Shown here in pieces: positions 26,767 to 32,000 of a stretch of DNA of 32,000 nt. Under the pieces are notes generated by a model that saw nothing but the letters and a program-made list of their open reading frames with translations, made no database searches and was not told where the DNA came from. This stretch comes from Telmatocola sphagniphila (GTDB lineage: Bacteria; Planctomycetota; Planctomycetia; Gemmatales; Gemmataceae), in NCBI RefSeq assembly GCF_018398935.1, contig NZ_CP074694.1, positions 990,001 through 1,022,000 on the forward strand, read 5' to 3'. Every line of letters begins with the position of its first letter. The stretch's first letter is position 1. Position numbers and translations under genes: made by a program.

Positions 26767-29115
26767 CTAGGGTTTGGCGTTAGCCAACTCTTCAAAGGTC
26801 TGATTGCCAATTCCGTAATGTTTCCAGTCCTTGTAATCGAAGTGCCACCATTCGTCTTCGTAGACGGTGAATCCCTCCGATTCCATCGCTTTTCTCAAGA
26901 GATCTCGATACCAGCGCTGACGGCTGGTTCCCCCGATGTAGTTTGGATAGGCCCGATCGGAAAACTCGTCGTACCCACTGACTGCGTCGATGTACTTGCC
27001 GGTTTTCAGATCGTACAAGCCAAGGTCCACCGCACAACCCCGGTTGTGCCGGCTGCCTTTGGAAGGATCGGCCACGAAATTGTGGAACTTCTCCGGCACG
27101 GCGTCCCAGAAAATTTTGGTGACGTACCAGGGACGATAGGGATCGAAAATCATCAGACCCAGATTTTGCGATTTCAATTTCGCCTGAACTCGAACTAAAG
27201 CTTCCGCCGCCGGCTTTTGCATGTAGCCTTTGGCCTCCTTGGGGTAAACGGCTGTATCCAGAAAGTTGTTTTTGGTGGCATAACGCAGGTCGAATTTGAA
27301 CAGCGGATCGAGCTTGGCGAGTTCGACCAGTTCGCTCGGACGCTTCTCTTCGATGGATTCCTTGGGAGGTTCGGATTTCTTGGCGAGCGGTTCCAATTCC
27401 TTTACCGGGCGAGTGACTTGTACCTTAAATGTTTTCCCATCCTCACCATCGAGTTTCCGTCGACTCAGACGGACGTTACCGATGAAACAGGAGATCGCTT
27501 TTCCCAACGGATTGCGCAGGAAAATCAATTTTTCCCCGGCCAGAGTGCAATTATCGGGGAAGAGATAAGCATCGTTGGAATCTTTGATCAAAGGGACTAG
27601 TTCGAACCAATCCAGATTACACCAGAGATTCCCATCCTTTTCAAAAACGTGGACGATGTTCGTATCAGGGCCATATTCACCGATTAATTCGCGAAATTCC
27701 TGGGGTGGTTCGGGCGGCGGCCTGTCTGAAGCCGGTCGTCGCTCCAAAAAGAGTGGCCCCGATTGGACACCATTTCCAATCCTTTCCACCCGGCGAAAGC
27801 GACCGTTGAAAGAGAGTCCGTCGTCCGACACGTACTCGTTGGGCCGGTCCGACAATTTGTACTCCTGCCAGAAGCCGCCGAAATTCGGAAAGAGCATCAG
27901 CCGACCTTCCCGCTCTGTAATCTCGACCGAAGTATCGCGGTTGGCATATTTTCCTTCCAGCCTGCGAATTTCTTCCACGGGGACCTGTTTGAACCTCTCG
28001 AAGGTCAGTCCCGGCAGGTTTTTTTTGCGACCGATGTAATCCCGCAGCGCCTCATCGGCCACATGGTTGACCCAATTGGCGATCGCATCTTTTGAAGTCA
28101 GGACAATAACTCCCACTTTTTCGCCCGGCATCACACTCAAGTTCGACGTGAAGCCGGGGACTCGGCCGGGGTGGCCGATGAGCTTTTTGCCTTCGAGATC
28201 AGAAACGAAAAATCCAAGTCCCATGCCGCCGGGAAAATCGGGCGGCAGATATTGCGGTGCGATCATGCTTTCGAAAGTGGCCGGTTTAAGCAAGCCTTCG
28301 CCCTTGCGATTCAAGGAACTAATGAGCTTGGCCAGGTCGTCGGAGGTGGTGATTAAGCCACTGGCGGAGGTGTTGGAAATCTCAGTTTTCGGGCTGGGAA
28401 ATTCCTTGCCGAAATAGGTCCACATTTTGCCTTCGGCTAGCGTTTCCACCGGGCTTTTGGCGGCTGAAAAGCTGGAGTGAGTCATTCCGAGCTTGTCAAA
28501 AATTCGCGATTTGACGACTTCCGCATAAGGCTTCTTATCGAACTTCTCCAACAAATAGCCGAGTGTGGCATAGCCGGCATTGGAATGTTTCACCACGATA
28601 TCCGGTTCGTAAACCAGCGGCAACGCCTCCAGGCTCTGAACGATTTTTTTCAGGCCGGGATTGGTCGGATCGTAAATATTTCCTTCCGGCGGTTCCCGCA
28701 GCAGGCCGGAACGATGGGCCAGCAGAGCGCGGAGCGAAATCGGCTTCTTGTAGATGTTCGCCGGGGAGAATTCCGGAACTAGGCGTACGACATTATCGTC
28801 GAGGCCGAGCGCTTTCTCTTCGACCAGTTGCATCACGCAAATCGCCGTCAAAAGCTTGGTAATTCCGCCCGCGCGGAACCCAGTGAGAGGGGTGACCGGT
28901 TTCGTGCCCAGGTAATCCTGATGACCCAGGTCGAGACTGAAGACGACCTTCTGGTCATCGACGATTCGGAGGCTGATCGCCGGAATTTTCTTATCCCGCA
29001 GTTCCTCCTTGAGATAAGCGGTGAGGCCATCTGAGGGGGTAGGGGAATTTTGCCAGGCGAAGGAAGGAAAAGCGACTGCGAGCCACGCACCTAGTGCAAT
29101 CCACATGCGATTCAT
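26767..29115 (-). CDS. Secreted fusion protein: beta-lactamase-fold (serine hydrolase-like) domain + two DUF3471-like domains + VanX-type D-alanyl-D-alanine dipeptidase (M15D)
   Basis: Signal peptide MNRMWIALGAWLAVAFPSFA. The N-domain follows the PF00144 pattern (FRAGGITKLLTAICVMQLVEEKALGLDD, HSNAGYATLGYLLE, GHPGRVPGF). The C-terminal domain has the VanX motifs FDPYRPW, GSRHNRGCAVDL and DEWWHFDY. Confidence 0.85.
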   Translation of the reverse strand: MNRMWIALGAWLAVAFPSFAWQNSPTPSDGLTAYLKEELRDKKIPAISLRIVDDQKVVFSLDLGHQDYLGTKPVTPLTGFRAGGITKLLTAICVMQLVEEKALGLDDNVVRLVPEFSPANIYKKPISLRALLAHRSGLLREPPEGNIYDPTNPGLKKIVQSLEALPLVYEPDIVVKHSNAGYATLGYLLEKFDKKPYAEVVKSRIFDKLGMTHSSFSAAKSPVETLAEGKMWTYFGKEFPSPKTEISNTSASGLITTSDDLAKLISSLNRKGEGLLKPATFESMIAPQYLPPDFPGGMGLGFFVSDLEGKKLIGHPGRVPGFTSNLSVMPGEKVGVIVLTSKDAIANWVNHVADEALRDYIGRKKNLPGLTFERFKQVPVEEIRRLEGKYANRDTSVEITEREGRLMLFPNFGGFWQEYKLSDRPNEYVSDDGLSFNGRFRRVERIGNGVQSGPLFLERRPASDRPPPEPPQEFRELIGEYGPDTNIVHVFEKDGNLWCNLDWFELVPLIKDSNDAYLFPDNCTLAGEKLIFLRNPLGKAISCFIGNVRLSRRKLDGEDGKTFKVQVTRPVKELEPLAKKSEPPKESIEEKRPSELVELAKLDPLFKFDLRYATKNNFLDTAVYPKEAKGYMQKPAAEALVRVQAKLKSQNLGLMIFDPYRPWYVTKIFWDAVPEKFHNFVADPSKGSRHNRGCAVDLGLYDLKTGKYIDAVSGYDEFSDRAYPNYIGGTSRQRWYRDLLRKAMESEGFTVYEDEWWHFDYKDWKHYGIGNQTFEELANAKP

Positions 29116-29350
29116 TGCTATTCTTCCGGAATCATTTAAGGTAGGCTTTATACTCTGATGATTTTAGCTGTTTCCGTCGAGAGTGAGGACTCGATCGCGG
29201 GGTTTATGCAAAAAATACGATCCGAGGAAAAATTCCTCCGGAGTGGGAATCCCTCATTCTTGTCGCGTTTTTCATATAAACCTCACGAATTCATCGCCGC
29301 TTTCCTATACTTTATTCCACTTAAGAACGAAAATCCTGGAGCGATTTACG

Positions 29351-30589
29351 ATGATGACCTCTATCGGAAAAATGGTCGGGGCACTCGCTTGCGTCGGCCT
29401 GCTCGTGGCAGTTGCGCTGTATCAGGCTCCGAGCCAAGATGTAAGCAAGCAGGAAAAGAAACAGGAAGCCCCCAAGGATGTGAAAAAGGACGCTCCGGTT
29501 GATGACGGAAAGTTGGCGTTTGTCATCAAGCCCTATTTGCAATTCCCCACCCGGGACAGCATCACGATCATGTGGGAGACCAATAAGCCAGCCAAGGGCA
29601 AAATTGAGTACAGCGAAAAAACTCCACTGACCGAAAAAGCGGAAGTCTCCGAGGCCAAGGATCTTCATGAGATCACGCTGAAAAATTTAAAGCCTTCCAC
29701 CCCCTACGTTTACAAAGTCTCCGTTCTGACGGACGAGGGAGAGAAACTCGAAACCAAATATCTGAACTTCATGACCGCCGTCGGCCCCGATGAAGCCTAT
29801 TCGTTTGGTATCATCGGCGACACTCAGGCTAATGCCAAGGTAACGGGGCAGATCGCCGCTCATCTCTTCGAGCGACGACCGCATTTCGTGGTGCATTGCG
29901 GCGACGTGGTGGACGATGGCCGAAGCAAGCGCATGTGGGTTCACGAACTGTTTGGCCCCTGTTCGGAACTTTTCTCCTACGCCGCGGTTTTTCCCACGAT
30001 CGGTAACCACGAACGCAATCATGCGAATTACTACAAGTATTTCAGCCTTCCCAAGCCCAAGTACTACTACCAATACAGCTACGGCAATGCGGATTTCTTC
30101 GTCATCGATAGCAACAAGTCTTTGAAGCCGGGCACGGAACAATACATGTGGCTGGAAAAGGCACTCTCCGAATCCAAAGCCAAATGGAAATTTGCTTATC
30201 ACCATCATCCCGGCTGGTCGAGCGATGCCGATGATTACGGTAAGAGCTGGGAAGGCAAATCGGTCTGGGGCGATATGAACGCTCGCAATCTGGTGACTTT
30301 GTACGAAAAATACAATCTCGACATCGCTTTCAATGGCCACATCCACCTGTACGAACGGACTTGGCCGTTACGAGGCAATAAGGTCGATCGAGCCACCGGA
30401 GTTCACTACATCACCTCGGGCGGTGGCGGCGGCAGCCTGGAAGTTGTCGCCAATCTGCCCAGCTGGTTCAAGAGCCAGTGCCGGACCGATTTTCACTACT
30501 GCTATGTGGTGATTCATCAGGGACGCTTGGAATTCAAAGTCTACGATGTGAAGGGCAATCTGTTCGATTCGTTCGAACTGAATAAGTAA
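29351..30589 (+). CDS. Membrane-anchored/secreted metallophosphoesterase (purple acid phosphatase-like)
   Basis: Start moved to the ATG at 29351 (MMTSIGKMVGALACVGLLVAVALY, a signal/anchor). The N-terminal part is a PAP-type beta-sandwich (ITIMWET...YVYKV). Calcineurin-like motifs are GDTQ, GDVVDDG, GNHE, HHHP and GHIHLYER. Confidence 0.85.
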   Translation: MMTSIGKMVGALACVGLLVAVALYQAPSQDVSKQEKKQEAPKDVKKDAPVDDGKLAFVIKPYLQFPTRDSITIMWETNKPAKGKIEYSEKTPLTEKAEVSEAKDLHEITLKNLKPSTPYVYKVSVLTDEGEKLETKYLNFMTAVGPDEAYSFGIIGDTQANAKVTGQIAAHLFERRPHFVVHCGDVVDDGRSKRMWVHELFGPCSELFSYAAVFPTIGNHERNHANYYKYFSLPKPKYYYQYSYGNADFFVIDSNKSLKPGTEQYMWLEKALSESKAKWKFAYHHHPGWSSDADDYGKSWEGKSVWGDMNARNLVTLYEKYNLDIAFNGHIHLYERTWPLRGNKVDRATGVHYITSGGGGGSLEVVANLPSWFKSQCRTDFHYCYVVIHQGRLEFKVYDVKGNLFDSFELNK

Positions 30590-30604
30590 TTCGCTCTCTG
30601 GAAA

Positions 30605-30628
30605 GTTCGGAGTAAAGCCACTCCGAAC
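30605..30628. terminator. Hairpin between convergent genes (GTTCGGAGT-AAAGCC-ACTCCGAAC)
   Basis: Perfect 9-bp stem read directly. Only short, weak T-tracts flank it, so termination activity is uncertain. Confidence 0.4.
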
Positions 30629-30646
30629 TCTCAGTTCAAGTCCCTT

Positions 30647-31999
30647 TTATGCAATCAATTCGTTGACCACATTCCCATAGAGATCGGTGAAGCGGAAATC
30701 CCGACCGGCATAACGGTAGGTGAACTTCTCGTGGTCGAATCCCAGCAGTTTCAGCAAGGTTGCGTGCAGGTCATGCACGTGCACTTTCTTCTCCGCGGCG
30801 GCAAAACCGAATTCATCGGTCGCTCCATGAACGTATCCGCCTTTGACGCCGCCACCCGCCAGCCACATGGTGAACCCGTGATGATTGTGATCCCGGCCAT
30901 TGATCTTACCGGCGTTCGAACCCGGCGTAGGTAACTCGACAACGGGCGTTCGGCCAAATTCACCACCCCAGATGATCAGCGTTTCTTCGAATAAACCCAA
31001 GCGCTTGAGATCGGTGATCAATGCCGCAATGGCCTTATCCACATCCGTCGCCAATCGCTTGTGCTGGATTTCGAGGTCGTCGTGCGAGTCCCAGGGCTGA
31101 TCGCGGCCCTGCCAGACTTGAACCATGCGGACGCCGCGCTCGATCAATCGCTTGGCCATCAAGATTGTCCGAGCCACCGGACTATTGCCGTAGGCTTCGC
31201 GATTCTTCTCCGGCTCCCTGCTGATATCGAAGGCATCGGTCGCATCCTTTTGCATGCGAAAGGCCAGTTCGAAGGATTGAATTCGAGCTTCCAACTGCGG
31301 ATCGTTCGGACGGTTTTTCTGATGCTCGCGGTTGAATTCGAGCAAGAGATCGAGCTGTTTCCGTTGCGTTTGATTTCCGACATATTTATTGCGAACGTAC
31401 TGAACCAGCTTTTCTACATCGGTATGCTGGCTGTCGATATAAGTGCCCTGGTACACCCCGGGTAAGAAACCGGCCTGCCAGTTTTGGGATTCCTGAATCG
31501 GATAGCCGCCCGGGCACATGGCGATGAAGCCGGGCAGATTCTGATTTTCCGAGCCCAAACCGTAGGTCATCCAGGAACCGAAGCTCGGCCGGACCTGACG
31601 TGCTTCGCCGCAATTCATCAGCATCAGGGAAGGTTCGTGATTCGGAACATCGGCATGCATCGAGCGAATGACGCAGATATCATCGATATGCTGGGCGGTG
31701 TGCTCGAAAATTTCGCTGACTTCGATGCCGCTCTTGCCATATTTTTTGAACTTGAAAGGACTGCCGAAGGCCGCGCCGGTCTTCCGTTCGGTACGCAGAT
31801 TGGCCATCGGCAACGCTTTACCGTGATACTTCGTCAGTAACGGCTTCGGATCGAAGGTGTCCACATGGGATGGACCGCCGTTCATAAACAGATGAATTAC
31901 GCGCTTGGCCTTGGCTGGAAATTGCGGTTTTTTGACCGTCAGCGGATTCAGTTGATCGTTCGCCTTGATCTCGGAGGTCAGGAGCCCGGTTTCATTCAT
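30647..31999 (-). CDS. DUF1501 domain protein (sulfatase-fold, Planctomycete-typical); 5' end probably outside the window
   Basis: PAKAKRVIHLFMNGGPSHVDTFDPKP, SMHADVPNHEPS, GGEFGRTP and RDHNHHGFTMWLAGGG match DUF1501. The usual N-terminal Tat-type signal is absent. The frame is still open at the window edge, so the ATG at 31999 may be internal. Confidence 0.88.
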   Translation of the reverse strand: MNETGLLTSEIKANDQLNPLTVKKPQFPAKAKRVIHLFMNGGPSHVDTFDPKPLLTKYHGKALPMANLRTERKTGAAFGSPFKFKKYGKSGIEVSEIFEHTAQHIDDICVIRSMHADVPNHEPSLMLMNCGEARQVRPSFGSWMTYGLGSENQNLPGFIAMCPGGYPIQESQNWQAGFLPGVYQGTYIDSQHTDVEKLVQYVRNKYVGNQTQRKQLDLLLEFNREHQKNRPNDPQLEARIQSFELAFRMQKDATDAFDISREPEKNREAYGNSPVARTILMAKRLIERGVRMVQVWQGRDQPWDSHDDLEIQHKRLATDVDKAIAALITDLKRLGLFEETLIIWGGEFGRTPVVELPTPGSNAGKINGRDHNHHGFTMWLAGGGVKGGYVHGATDEFGFAAAEKKVHVHDLHATLLKLLGFDHEKFTYRYAGRDFRFTDLYGNVVNELIA

Positions 32000-32000
32000 C

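Noticed and set aside
29687-30346. 219-aa minus-strand ORF
   Set aside because: It is antisense to the metallophosphoesterase gene, which carries all the calcineurin-like motifs.
1-32000. Search for CRISPR arrays, transposase/integrase genes, terminal inverted repeats, tRNA or rRNA genes
   Set aside because: I saw no spaced direct repeats, no recombinase-like ORFs, and no tRNA-like T-arm or anticodon structures. The only GGTTCGAA-like strings are inside the putA and crotonase coding regions.

Overview
The window looks like a gene-dense chromosomal segment of a Planctomycetota-type genome. This call rests on gene content: a DUF1501 protein, an Flp pilin, a DUF1573-like exported protein, many signal-peptide proteins and a eukaryotic-like Ser/Thr kinase. 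G+C appears moderate. I support 24 protein-coding genes, mostly housekeeping or metabolic (ilvD, putA, mnmE, cysE, aminotransferase, crotonase, M16 and S41 peptidases). I found no rRNA, tRNA, CRISPR array or mobile element.

The most unusual locus is the roughly 640-bp, AT-rich, gene-less spacer between mnmE and cysE (22097-22738).
- It contains two homologous hairpins with an identical 14-nt loop motif but diverged, compensating stems.
- On the minus strand it has a near-consensus sigma54 -24/-12 promoter, a GNRA-capped hairpin, and a 16-bp terminator stem followed by U8.
- Together these suggest an unannotated sigma54-dependent small RNA of about 180 nt, with two loops presenting GGGAGAGGUGG (Shine-Dalgarno-like and GGA-containing).

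Two secreted fusion proteins are also worth attention.
- One is an S41 tail-specific protease whose N-terminal caspase-like domain has both catalytic residues substituted.
- The other is a VanX-type D-Ala-D-Ala dipeptidase fused to a beta-lactamase-fold domain whose SxxK serine and YxN tyrosine are replaced.

All functional calls come from motif recognition by eye. No database search was run.
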